64,000 nucleotides of DNA from an uncultured Nitrospiraceae bacterium (GTDB lineage Bacteria; Nitrospirota; Thermodesulfovibrionia; Thermodesulfovibrionales; Dissulfurispiraceae), in contig CAVSHF010000003.1 of assembly GCA_963727805.1 (NCBI GenBank), positions 2,112,001 through 2,176,000 on the forward strand, in the 5' to 3' direction. The translations under genes and the position numbers were made by a program. Shown piece after piece: positions 32,127 through 42,229 of this stretch (its first letter is position 1; every line of letters starts with the position of its first letter). The notes under the pieces were generated by a model. The model had not been told where the DNA came from. It searched no databases and worked only from the letters and a program-made list of their open reading frames with translations.

Positions 32127-32354
32127 TTATTTGTGCTTCAAAGACTTCATCTGTTCGCCGCAACAGATTATGTCACAAAAATCGACGCACCCGCACACCT
32201 CGTTGACGGTTACGGCAAGGCCGCAGACGCCACATTGGTAATGGCCACCCACTTTGAGATCTTTCTGCTTCTTCGGTGATGCCTTTTTCACAAGCTTTTT
32301 GGGCTTGGTCTCCTTTGCTTTCTGTGCAGTTGATATCTTTTTCTTTATTGCCAT
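32127..32354 (-). CDS. Small Lys-rich/Cys-rich protein (desulforedoxin-like C-terminus)
   Basis: GGAGGT RBS; basic N-terminus then YQCGVCG...VCGCVDFCDIICCGEQM. Confidence 0.8.
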   Translation of the reverse strand: MAIKKKISTAQKAKETKPKKLVKKASPKKQKDLKVGGHYQCGVCGLAVTVNEVCGCVDFCDIICCGEQMKSLKHK

Positions 32355-32468
32355 CTTACCTCCGTGTTATGAGCTATTTCATATCAATATATCAACTTTT
32401 ATGATCGTTGCATATACCGCATAATTACATTGGGATCAGATACCTTAGTGTGCCCGAAAGACTACTCG

Positions 32469-33074
32469 TTAGAAAGCGAAATCACAATCCGCATGCCTGC
32501 AGCTCTTTGCAGCCTTGATAACCTTTTCTGCTGAACCAATTCCAAGCGCCATCATTTCCCGCATCTGTATCTGAAAGATCTGGGCGGCAAAGAAGGCATC
32601 TGCGGCGGCATTATGCCGGTAATATTGTTTCAGGCCATAAGTTGCGATCATACCGTCAAGGCTTAAATCCCGTTCGTCAGCTTTCCGTTTTCGCCTTAGC
32701 CAGCGTTCTACCATTGCTATATCTATAAGATCTCTTTTGAATCTCACTCCCAATTCCTTGAAGTTTGTTTTCAAAAAAGTGAAATCAAACTCAATAGTAT
32801 GCCCAACGAGGATACCATCCGATATCTTCAGAATGCGCTCCGAAACCTCTTCAAATTCCGGTGCATCCTTAAGATTATCCTTGCTTATACCATGGAACTT
32901 CATTGCCTTGTAGTCATAACTCTTAGGGTTAATCAGGGTGTAAAAAGTATCTCGAACAAGGATTTTCAAATTAATAATGGGGACACAGGCAAAAGATATA
33001 ATCTCGTCTTTGTCGAAGTCTAATCCTGTGGTTTCAATGTCAATGGCATAAAATTTGGCAGTTCTCAGATCCAT
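32469..33074 (-). CDS. DnaQ-like 3'-5' exonuclease
   Basis: AIDIETTG, VGH...FD, HNA.ADA DEDDh motifs. Confidence 0.92.
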   Translation of the reverse strand: MDLRTAKFYAIDIETTGLDFDKDEIISFACVPIINLKILVRDTFYTLINPKSYDYKAMKFHGISKDNLKDAPEFEEVSERILKISDGILVGHTIEFDFTFLKTNFKELGVRFKRDLIDIAMVERWLRRKRKADERDLSLDGMIATYGLKQYYRHNAAADAFFAAQIFQIQMREMMALGIGSAEKVIKAAKSCRHADCDFAF

Positions 33075-33092
33075 AAAACTATGTCTTCTATC

Positions 33093-34910
33093 CTATAGTT
33101 GACTATAAACGATAGTTCGACTAACACCATACTTTTTCATCAGAAACTTCTGAAATTCAGAGACGATCTTGAGTGACTCCTTTAATATGAGCAAGTCGAC
33201 TTTCGATAGTTCCTTTCCGGTAACCAGGTTATTCATAGGGGACTGATTCAATACCGCCCGCGCATGATGTCTCAGCCTTAGATCCTGTAAAAAACCATAC
33301 GACTCGATGAGATCGTGGCACATTTCATTGCTGATCGTCGTATTGGCACTCAGCGCCTCCAATCGCTCCTTGGTGTTGGTTATCCCCCAAACCCCAGTGT
33401 CTATAGAGAGGACTCTTGCGCCGTTAACAATAGGATAAATCCCATAGGTCTTTAGGTCCACCCCTTGATGCAGACCCAGGATCCCGAATATTCCAAGAGG
33501 CGGCTTGAGTTCAATGGCATCCTCAGCCATCAGCTTTATGGCCTCGGCTTTTACTTCCAGCTTAATCGATTCCAGCAAGTCATTGTATAAGGCTATCTCT
33601 CCGTATACCGGTCTCATGTCCAGAAACACGGAAAGGTATCGGAGATGGTAAGGAATTGGTTCTGAAAACCACTGCTTGAAGTATTCTTTCCATACTGGCA
33701 AGGGCTGATTCCACATTGTGTTGGATGCCATATAATTTCCGAGGCATTTAGGGATGCCAATATTGGCCAGTGATTCATTGATATCATTGGCTAATGCTGC
33801 GGGATTGTCTCCCACATAGATTAAGGCATTGTCCTGGTCGGTTGCGATGATCTCTTCTTTTCTACCGGAACTGCCCATATTAATCCATAAGAACTGTGCC
33901 TGGGCATGTTTACCGATAAGAATCTCAATGACCTTGGCCACTGCGGCATCATGAACAGAGCATAACATCCTGGTCAAGTCGAAGAAATTAGGACCTGTCA
34001 TCGCAATCTTTGAGACTGATACCTTGAGACCGTCAAAGGCGGTTTTAAGCTCTTCGATAGAGGCTGCACGGTGGATTTTTCTGAACAGTTTGACTATGGA
34101 GAAAGAGGGTTCCAGATGGATCTGAATATCTTTCCTGGTGATTACACCAAAGACTTTATCCTCTTTCGTCACGACGAGGTGGTCTATTCCAGCATCAATC
34201 ATTTTTGTGAAGGCATCGAATATGGTGGCCTGCACATTGATTGTCTTAACCGGAGATGACATAAACTCAGTAATCAGGTCCAATCGGTCACCCTGGATTA
34301 ATACCTTCCTCAGGTCCTTATGGGTCAATATGCCGATCGGCTTTGCATCGTTGTCTATAATGACAATTGAACTAACCGAATTCTTATCCATCTCAGAGGC
34401 TGCACCGGCTATTGTCAGTCCAGGGCTGCAAACAACAGGCTGTTTATATATTATCCTCTCAACCTCCAAAACGAATGAGGCCTCCTCAAGGATCTTTTTG
34501 TCTGACGCTATGGTCTTAAATGATCGGAATCTTCGATTGAGTAAAGTAGAAAAATACGATGCAAACCTTTCACTTGCATCGAAGACTGTCTTGAATTGTC
34601 GGTAATCCACTGCATAGCAGACAGTATCCTCAATTGCATTGGCAGTCGAATTCAATGGATGCCCAAAAAGTGACACGACGCCGAAGATTTCACCTCTCGT
34701 GAGGTAATCTACTACCGCATCGTCATCATAGAGGCCGACAAGTCCGGAGAAAATCACATAAACATATTCAGAGGTCTGACCCTTTTTATAAATTGTTTTC
34801 CCCTTTTCAAACAACTCGACTTCTAATCCGGATATTATGATGTCCAGATCATCTTCTGACAAAAAGGAAAAGGGGTGGATCTTGCGTATAAACTCTCGGG
34901 GGGGGATCAT
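33093..34910 (-). CDS. cNMP-binding/CBS/DUF294 putative nucleotidyltransferase
   Basis: HPFSFL cNMP domain, CBS pair, MGSSGR.E....DQDNAL, MASN..W, DLK..GIYPIV. Confidence 0.92.
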   Translation of the reverse strand: MIPPREFIRKIHPFSFLSEDDLDIIISGLEVELFEKGKTIYKKGQTSEYVYVIFSGLVGLYDDDAVVDYLTRGEIFGVVSLFGHPLNSTANAIEDTVCYAVDYRQFKTVFDASERFASYFSTLLNRRFRSFKTIASDKKILEEASFVLEVERIIYKQPVVCSPGLTIAGAASEMDKNSVSSIVIIDNDAKPIGILTHKDLRKVLIQGDRLDLITEFMSSPVKTINVQATIFDAFTKMIDAGIDHLVVTKEDKVFGVITRKDIQIHLEPSFSIVKLFRKIHRAASIEELKTAFDGLKVSVSKIAMTGPNFFDLTRMLCSVHDAAVAKVIEILIGKHAQAQFLWINMGSSGRKEEIIATDQDNALIYVGDNPAALANDINESLANIGIPKCLGNYMASNTMWNQPLPVWKEYFKQWFSEPIPYHLRYLSVFLDMRPVYGEIALYNDLLESIKLEVKAEAIKLMAEDAIELKPPLGIFGILGLHQGVDLKTYGIYPIVNGARVLSIDTGVWGITNTKERLEALSANTTISNEMCHDLIESYGFLQDLRLRHHARAVLNQSPMNNLVTGKELSKVDLLILKESLKIVSEFQKFLMKKYGVSRTIVYSQL

Positions 34911-35535
34911 GCGTTTAATTTAACGGCAGTTTCAAAAATATTCATCAGCAAGGTCACCTGCATTAACTCCTGATGTACATTCCTACCAAGTCAAAGTGCT
35001 CGTCACTGTATCAAACACTTATCTCAACAATCTATTGATGTTATCTTACCATAACATCAGAAGATCCTCTGCGCAGAATCGTGAACCCTAGTAGAATCCA
35101 GACATATGGTGTATTAAGGGCGAGCACCTGAAAATAAAGTGCCATCGTGCCATTCTTCATAGTTCAAAGCGCGACCGATAAACTATATGGGAACAGAACG
35201 ATGGCAGAAAAAAGTGTAGCTTTTTCGGAAAAGTTTCGTAAATACCTTAAAGGAGCGGGCCAAGTCCTGTCAAGAGGTGTATTAGTGAACATGCCTTTCA
35301 CCGAGTCTATTCATGATTATGAAGGCAACTCCTGGGCTGCTTCCTTGATCGATTCCAGCGTCATATAGTGCTTGCATATCATCCATGCCTTGGTCTGGTC
35401 AGGCAATACAAATCCAACAAAATGGAAGCAATCTACGCAGACTCTTTTTAACGTATTCAAAAATAGACAGTGAGCATTGTATGATAGGAAGATCAGTCTG
35501 CCACAAAATAATTGGATTGCAAGAGGAGATCCACA

Positions 35536-35826
35536 ATGACAAAGATCGCAGTGCTCACGTCAATATTAGCCTTACTCATAGCCTTCTTTTCATCATCAGC
35601 CTTTGCTGATAAAGTTACTCCAATCAATTCCTGCACAAAACCGCATCATCCCTATAAATTCAAGAGTGAATCTGAGGTAAGTGAATATAAGGCGCAGGTT
35701 GAGAGCTACAAGAAGTGTATAAATGATTTTATCGAAGAACAGAATCAGGCTATTGAAAAACACAGGGCCGCGATAAACCAGGCGATAACTGAATGGAATT
35801 TTTTTGTGAATACGGAACTACGTTAG
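35536..35826 (+). CDS. Small secreted hypothetical protein
   Basis: GAGGAG RBS, signal peptide ending AFA, two Cys, helical C-terminus. Confidence 0.75.
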   Translation: MTKIAVLTSILALLIAFFSSSAFADKVTPINSCTKPHHPYKFKSESEVSEYKAQVESYKKCINDFIEEQNQAIEKHRAAINQAITEWNFFVNTELR

Positions 35827-35884
35827 CACACCACCTTTTAACTGTCTTGCTGGCGATGATTTTATATGGGGTTGGGAATATTTC

Positions 35885-36427
35885 TCATGCTGTTTTTTCA
35901 TCCCAAACAGCACTCGATTTCAGCCTGCAAATAATTGATGCAGTGTCCTGATAGACATATATCTTTTCAATGCCATTAGGAAGATCTTCTTTCAATTCTT
36001 GTAAAAGCTCATAAATACGAGGATCACAGTTCTTACTAAAATTGATATAGATAACTCCTGCATAGCATTTATAGACCAACGCTTTTTCAATCAATTCCTT
36101 TAGACATTCCCCTCCCTTGCCGGACAGGGATGAGGTTATCTTTGCTATGGAAGAAATAGTATCATGAGAATGCATTCCCACCAACAAATAGGGCTTCCCC
36201 TCATATTTTGCGATGTAATAAACCCTCTCACTCGCGGGCAAAGCCCAGAGCAGACGTTTGCGCCGCGTGGTCTTTTTTTCTTCGGAAAGCATCCTTTCCT
36301 TTTCACCATCAAATGATATAAGAAAACCTCTAAAAGCTTCTCCTCCCTCCTTCTGTAGGTCCTTTATCAATTGGTCCGCTTCGATCTGCGATAACATTTT
36401 GATAGTTATAGCCCTCTTTTTCCCCAT
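35885..36427 (-). CDS. Hypothetical protein
   Basis: 180-aa AT-rich ORF; no clear motif. Confidence 0.6.
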   Translation of the reverse strand: MGKKRAITIKMLSQIEADQLIKDLQKEGGEAFRGFLISFDGEKERMLSEEKKTTRRKRLLWALPASERVYYIAKYEGKPYLLVGMHSHDTISSIAKITSSLSGKGGECLKELIEKALVYKCYAGVIYINFSKNCDPRIYELLQELKEDLPNGIEKIYVYQDTASIICRLKSSAVWDEKTA

Positions 36428-36640
36428 ATTCTAATAATACTGCACAAGCGACAAATATTTACAGTTTTTTAGTCTCCATGCCGAGAAGAAGTCAGCGTAA
36501 GCCTGCTCATCTCAAACGATCGTATTGTTACCTCCTTTTACGAGTATTCGCCCATTCCATTGATTCAAGTTGGTTAATCTCTGTCGTCTCACCTGCTGGC
36601 AACAAGACTGTTTGATCTTTCCCGATTTCGTGCTATCCTA

Positions 36641-36973
36641 ATGAAAGACATGGAAGAGAATTTCGATACCGCTGAACCTGTTGAACTTTCTATTGACGGG
36701 ACACTCGACCTTCACACCTTCAATCCTCGCGAAGTAAAGGAGTTACTGCCTCACTATCTCGATACTTGCAGGGGAAAAGGTATATACGAAGTACGTATCA
36801 TTCACGGAAAAGGGACGGGGATGCTGAGAGAGACTGTTCATTCTATTCTCAGGCAACTGCCGGGGATTCTTTCGTTCGGACTCGCGGGTGAAAATGCGGG
36901 TGGATGGGGCGCGACTATTGTACAGCTTGAACCCGTTTCCTCCCAGCATGCAACGATAGAAAAGAACAGCTAA
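36641..36973 (+). CDS. Smr/MutS2 C-terminal domain protein
   Basis: LDLH, IIHGKGTG.LR, GGWGAT. Confidence 0.92.
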   Translation: MKDMEENFDTAEPVELSIDGTLDLHTFNPREVKELLPHYLDTCRGKGIYEVRIIHGKGTGMLRETVHSILRQLPGILSFGLAGENAGGWGATIVQLEPVSSQHATIEKNS

Positions 36974-37011
36974 TCTCCAATATTCTACTATTCATTTCGG
37001 GGAGGAATCAT

Positions 37012-37674
37012 TTAATGAATCTCCGGCAGATGGATCGCCCTATCCTTCATTACCAGCAAGCGGTCGGCTAGCCTGCCTGCCTGTTCCTTGTCGTGTGTGG
37101 TCATAATGACAGCTACCAATCTTTCCTGTTTCATTTTGAGGATGATGCCCTCAATAACCTCAGTATTCCTCTGATCGACGGATGCGGTCGGCTCGTCGAG
37201 AAACAGGATTTCGGGCTCTATCACCAGCGCCCTAGCAATCCCCAGTCGCTTGGTTTCACCGCTCGAGATGGTCAATGCATTCTGATCCTTCTTGTGCAAT
37301 AGACCCACAAAATCGAGCACCTTATCCACTCTCCCTTTTGCTTCGCGCCCGTCGATTCCCCGCAATAACAGCCCGAATGCGGCATTCCTGAATACGGTCG
37401 CATTGAAGACACCTACCTTCGGCAATAAAAGTGTTATCCTCCTTTTTAGGGTAAGATCATGATTTAGCATATGCCCATCAGAAAAATAGTTGACTTGACC
37501 GCTGTCCGGAGACTCAATAAGAGCACATATTCGTAAAAATGTAGATTTGCCCGAACCGTTCGGCCCCGTTAACACGTAGATGCCGCTCTCATCGAAGGAG
37601 AACGAGCAGTCCTTCAGTACCCCGTTTCCGTTATAGCTTTTGTTGATATTCGATACCGTCAGTCTCAAGCTCAT
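37012..37674 (-). CDS. tupC: Tungstate ABC transporter ATP-binding protein
   Basis: GPNGSGKST, SSGE signature, LFLDEPT; operon context. Confidence 0.85.
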   Translation of the reverse strand: MSLRLTVSNINKSYNGNGVLKDCSFSFDESGIYVLTGPNGSGKSTFLRICALIESPDSGQVNYFSDGHMLNHDLTLKRRITLLLPKVGVFNATVFRNAAFGLLLRGIDGREAKGRVDKVLDFVGLLHKKDQNALTISSGETKRLGIARALVIEPEILFLDEPTASVDQRNTEVIEGIILKMKQERLVAVIMTTHDKEQAGRLADRLLVMKDRAIHLPEIH

Positions 37675-38378
37675 CGGGTGACACCTACCATCCCTTTTTT
37701 CTGGATAATATGAAGCGCTGTATTTATCATTAAGGAAATCGCGAGCAAAATGATGCCAAGTGCAAGAGCAAGTTCAAAATTCCCTTTATCCGTCTCGAGG
37801 GCGATAGTTGTCGTCATGACTCTGGTGTACCCGGCGATGTTGCCGCCAACGATGAGTATAGCGCCGACCTCAGCCATTACCCTGCCAAAGGCGGCTATGA
37901 TGGCGGACATTATTCCGTACCGTGCCTCCCTGACAACGGTCAACGAAACCTGCAGAGGGGTTGCCCCGAGGGTCCTTGCCGCCTGCCTTATGATCGGGTC
38001 CACGCCTGCAATGGCGGCATGGCAAAGGGCACCCACAATGGGAAAGGCGAGAATGCTCTGGGCAACAATCATCGCGCTAGGCGTATACAAAAGAGACAAG
38101 AATCCGAGAGGACCGCTTCTCGACAGCAGCAGATAAACAACAAGCCCGACTACTACGGGAGGGAGGCCCATGAAAGTGTTCAGTATAGTAATGGCTGCAC
38201 CTCTCAAAGGGAACTTCGTGAGCCCGAGCAGGGCACCTAGCGGAAGCCCGATACTGGTTGCGACAAGAAGAGCGGTGCCTGAAACCCTGATGGATAGAAG
38301 AATGATGCCGAGCAATTCAGCGTCGAGATGCAGAATGAGCGATAAAGCCTGTGAAAAACCGTCTATGATTGACGACAT
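37671..38378 (-). CDS. tupB: Tungstate ABC transporter permease
   Basis: MGLPPVVVGL.VYLLLSRSGPLG, EVGA..IVGGNI...TRVMTT.I.LET. Confidence 0.92.
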   Translation of the reverse strand: MSSIIDGFSQALSLILHLDAELLGIILLSIRVSGTALLVATSIGLPLGALLGLTKFPLRGAAITILNTFMGLPPVVVGLVVYLLLSRSGPLGFLSLLYTPSAMIVAQSILAFPIVGALCHAAIAGVDPIIRQAARTLGATPLQVSLTVVREARYGIMSAIIAAFGRVMAEVGAILIVGGNIAGYTRVMTTTIALETDKGNFELALALGIILLAISLMINTALHIIQKKGMVGVTR

Positions 38379-38450
38379 GCTATAGGATAATCAGAATAGG
38401 GGACAGCAGTCCAATAACATACTGTCTGCCACCCCCTGTCGATTTTTCTC

Positions 38451-39275
38451 TTATTTCGCGTTCGGGATAAAGAGCGGATTGCCGTTCTTATCCTTAAAAG
38501 AAGCGATAGCCTGCTGGCCTTCCCTAGATATGAGCCAATTAATGAATTCCATCGCCTTTTTATACTTCACATGCTTGTACTTTGCAGGATTAACCGCCAT
38601 GATGCCATACTGGTTGAACAGGGTCGGATCACCCTCAAGCACGATCGCCATTTCGAGCCTATCCTTGTCCTTTGTCGCCAGTCAGGTGCCCCTGTCCGTA
38701 AGCGTGTATGCACGCTTCTCATCGGCAATCCTCTGGGTCTTCTCCATGCCCTGCCCCACTTCGAGATACCATTTCTGGCCCTTGGGTTCTATTGTTGCCT
38801 TCTTCCAAACGGAAAGCTCTTTAGTGTTGGTTCCCGAGTTGTCTCCGCGAGAAATGAACGTCGACGATGCCGCTATCTTCTTAAATGCCTCGACTGACGA
38901 CTTCATGCCTCTTATCATGGCCGGATCATCGGAAGGGCCTATGATTACGAAGTCGTTGTACATGACATCGTGGCGGTTGACAAAAAATCCTTCCTCAACG
39001 GCCGTTAACTCCTGCTCTCTGGCGTGGACAAAAGCGACATCTGCATCGCCTCGTTTGCCCATTTCAATGGCGGCTCCCGTGCCACGGGCGACTACCTTCA
39101 CTTTTATGCCGCTCTTCTTTTCGAATATGGGCAGGATGTAATTGAATAGCCCTGAATTCTCTGTGCTCGTCGTCGATGAACAGATTATTTCCTTATCAGC
39201 GGCAAATGAACCAGACCAGCCGCATATCCCCATTGCTGTAACGAGGACTACCAATGCAAGCAACTTTCTCATCAC
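38451..39275 (-). pseudogene. tupA: Tungstate-binding periplasmic protein with an in-frame TGA
   Basis: Signal peptide, TTSTENSG, SRGDNSGT; TDRGT-TGA(38684-38682)-LATK continues in frame to 38451. Confidence 0.88.
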
Positions 39276-39462
39276 AGATATTTTCTCCTATCGTTATTGG
39301 GCCACACCTTTGTTCTCTTTACAGAGACGGCACCCTCCATAACTCTCAATCTTTTCATCAGGGCAGAGTCTGGTAATATAGATCCTTGCTCCATTGCAAG
39401 CCTCGCATATGGTTTTCCTACCGCAAAGGCCACCAGCTTACCATTGATCGTCACATTTACTA

Positions 39463-40242
39463 TTATTGACCTTTTTCCCGCAGGGGTACTGCATCGGGCT
39501 GGAAAAGACAGGCTCCGTGTTTGATGTAATTTGCAATGATACCCTGCCCATCTCGCGAAGTGACAAATGCGATAAAGTCCATGGCCTCTCTGTATTTGAC
39601 ATTGGGAAACCTTACAGGGTTGATGGCTATAACGCTATATTGATTCCTGAGAGCCGGATCACCCTTGAGGAGCACCTTGAGTTTGATTTTCGATTCATAA
39701 TTAAGAAATGTCCCCATGTCAGCAAGAATATATGACTTCTGTTTGTTAGCTACCAGCAGAGCATCTCCCATTTTGCTTCCAGTTTCAAAGTACCAACTCT
39801 TGCCTTTCGGATTGATTCCCGCATCGTCCCAGATATCCAGCTCTTTTATATTAGTGCCCGAATCGTCACCTCGCGACACGAAGGGAAAACCTGTTTCGGC
39901 GATCAACTCGAATGCTTCTACCGCTTTTTCAACCTCCTTAATACCTGCCGGGTCTTTGGAGGGGGCAAGGATAACAAAAGAATTATGCATAACAGTCCGT
40001 CTGTTTGTGCCGTATCCTTCCGCCACAAATTTCTCTTCCCTGAAGGGGTCATGTACAAACAGCAGGTCCGCCTCCCCCTTCTTAGCCATCCTTAGCGCTT
40101 TACCCGTTCCGACGGCAATAACCTCGACGGTTACATTATACTTCGTCGATTTCTTGTATGCAGGGAGAAGTATGTCGAGGAGCCCCGAATTAAGAATACT
40201 CGTAGTAGATGCAATGACTAATATTGCCTTTTCTCGAATCAT
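39463..40242 (-). CDS. TupA-like oxyanion-binding protein lacking a signal peptide
   Basis: STTSILNSGLL, GTGKAL, SRGDDSGT, NQYSVIA; in-frame TAA two codons upstream of the ATG. Confidence 0.85.
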   Translation of the reverse strand: MIREKAILVIASTTSILNSGLLDILLPAYKKSTKYNVTVEVIAVGTGKALRMAKKGEADLLFVHDPFREEKFVAEGYGTNRRTVMHNSFVILAPSKDPAGIKEVEKAVEAFELIAETGFPFVSRGDDSGTNIKELDIWDDAGINPKGKSWYFETGSKMGDALLVANKQKSYILADMGTFLNYESKIKLKVLLKGDPALRNQYSVIAINPVRFPNVKYREAMDFIAFVTSRDGQGIIANYIKHGACLFQPDAVPLREKGQ

Positions 40243-40357
40243 CCCTTAAACATACACAGCTATGCTTTTCAAGTCAAATTGATTCCATTCATTAAAACGA
40301 TGTAATTCTTTGATGTTTAGTTTGACACCTTCTGCTGGACTCCTTAGAATAAGTCGC

Positions 40358-41263
40358 ATGGAAGACCACAGGCTGAAAGCATTCTGTCTCGTTTGTGAAA
40401 TGAAGAGCTTCTCGAAGGCTGCTGCCGCGAAGTTCATGACCCAGTCTGCCATGAGCCATCTCATAAAAAACCTCGAAGATGAACTCGGCATCAGGCTGCT
40501 CATCAGGCAGGGCAAGACGGTCTCTCCTACGCCTTCCGGCAGGCTTTTTTATGCTCATGCAAAAAAGATTCTCGACCAGTACAAAACGATGGAAGATGCC
40601 GTCTATTCCGCTATCAATATAGTCAAGGGACCACTAACTCTGGGGGCAACGACTACTATTTCGACTTATCTACTACCACAGGTGTTCTACCGCTTCTCGC
40701 GGAAGCATCCCGAAGTATCGATCGAACTCACTGTTTCAAATACCGAAAAGATTATTGACGATATCGAGAAGGGCATGATAGAGATGGGCATTGTCGAAGG
40801 AATCATGAAGAACCCTACAATCCATTCTGAGATTATTGCTGAGGATGAGATCGTGATAATCGTATCGGACGACAATCCCTTATCCATGAAGAAGACAATT
40901 ACTTGTCATGACCTCGCCACGCAGGTTTTTATAATGCCGGAGCCGGGTTCGGGGACGCGGGAATTGGTTGACACCTTTCTGCGGGAAATCGATATGCCCG
41001 CGAATGCCATAAAGATCTCGATGACGCTGGGCAGTCCTGAATTGATATTGCAGATGGTCAAATCGGGAGTGGGGATATCTTTCGTCTCAAAGTGGTCCGT
41101 GTTTCAGGCGCTGAAGGATGGATCGATTAAGCTTTTGCAGGTGCCAGGGAAAAGGCTCCGGAGAAAGTTCTATCTCATTAGCATTGGGAAAGAGCCGTCA
41201 ACGATAGCCGCAAAAACATTTTCGCACTTTCTCAAAGGATACCGGTTTTTCGCGCCCTTTTGA
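40358..41263 (+). CDS. LysR family regulator (CysL-like)
   Basis: SFSKAA..FMTQSAMS..IKNLE HTH; E.GSGTRE substrate domain; start at ATG 40358. Confidence 0.92.
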   Translation: MEDHRLKAFCLVCEMKSFSKAAAAKFMTQSAMSHLIKNLEDELGIRLLIRQGKTVSPTPSGRLFYAHAKKILDQYKTMEDAVYSAINIVKGPLTLGATTTISTYLLPQVFYRFSRKHPEVSIELTVSNTEKIIDDIEKGMIEMGIVEGIMKNPTIHSEIIAEDEIVIIVSDDNPLSMKKTITCHDLATQVFIMPEPGSGTRELVDTFLREIDMPANAIKISMTLGSPELILQMVKSGVGISFVSKWSVFQALKDGSIKLLQVPGKRLRRKFYLISIGKEPSTIAAKTFSHFLKGYRFFAPF

Positions 41264-41266
41264 TTT

Positions 41267-42220
41267 TCACGCTGCCGCACCCGTGCAGGACGATCCTTGG
41301 CCAGCGGTGCAGCCGAAACAGTGTTCATCACAAGCTATTTCCCTGTGGACAAGGAGTAATCGGTCGAAGTCCTGAACAATCTGTGGATAATTTCCGAGCA
41401 GAGGGAGATTGACCATCTGGTTGAAATCGCAGTCGTAGAGGGTCCCATCCCATCCCACATTGATAAGATGACGGCACATGATGACATCGAGCGTCGCTGG
41501 ATTAAAGGAGTTTCTAAGCCTTTCCATGTAGCGCTCGAGCTGGTTCTTCTCGGTCAGAAAACGCCTGAAACGGCCGATCGGCATGTTGGTAAGAGTAAAG
41601 AGGTTAGTGAAAGAAACCCCATAGTGCCTTTCAAGTTCTCTGCGATACTCCTCCTCCATCGTCGATTGTGGTGGGGGGAAAAACATTCCCTGAGGATTAT
41701 GAACAAGGTCTAGTTTTAACCCTCCGGGTTCAACTCCAAACCCGAGGTCATTCAATGTCCGGAGAGCGCTGATGCTTTTTTTAAAGGTCCTCTCACCGCG
41801 CACCCTGTCGACGGCTTCTTCGAGATAGTGGGGAAGTGACGCCACTAATTCAACCTCATATTCTTTATAAAAGCATGGCAGGTCATTCATGCCATCTTCC
41901 CCAAAAATCGTCAGGTTGCTTCTGACCATTACATGGCACCCAATTCCCTTTGCCTTTTCGATAAGATACCTGAGGTGTGGATTACATTCGGGTGCACCGC
42001 CTGTTATGTCGAGTGTCCTAATGCCAGATGCCTTCAGGATACCGAGAACAGCTTTTATGGTTTCGAGTTCCATTGTCTCTTCGCGCAGAGGCCCGGCCTG
42101 AACATGGCAGTGTTTACAAGACATGTTACACCGATATCCGATATTGACCTGGAGAGTCTCAAGACTCTGGGCCTTAAGGGGATAAGCGCCGTGTTTCCTA
42201 AGGGTCTCTACGAAATCCAT
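41267..42220 (-). CDS. arsS: ArsS-like radical SAM protein (arsenosugar biosynthesis family)
   Basis: LQVNIG.RCN.SC.HCHV.AGP, DITGGAPE, YDCDFNQM, C-terminal HCFGCTAGQGSSC. Confidence 0.88.
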   Translation of the reverse strand: MDFVETLRKHGAYPLKAQSLETLQVNIGYRCNMSCKHCHVQAGPLREETMELETIKAVLGILKASGIRTLDITGGAPECNPHLRYLIEKAKGIGCHVMVRSNLTIFGEDGMNDLPCFYKEYEVELVASLPHYLEEAVDRVRGERTFKKSISALRTLNDLGFGVEPGGLKLDLVHNPQGMFFPPPQSTMEEEYRRELERHYGVSFTNLFTLTNMPIGRFRRFLTEKNQLERYMERLRNSFNPATLDVIMCRHLINVGWDGTLYDCDFNQMVNLPLLGNYPQIVQDFDRLLLVHREIACDEHCFGCTAGQGSSCTGAAA

Positions 42221-42229
42221 CTGCGATTC

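Noticed and set aside
35147..35368. Thioesterase-like gene fragment
   Set aside because: Only a short AASLIDS resemblance; insufficient to call.
38682..38684. Selenocysteine at the tupA TGA
   Set aside because: The position corresponds to an aromatic residue, not Cys, and I could not identify a SECIS-like hairpin.
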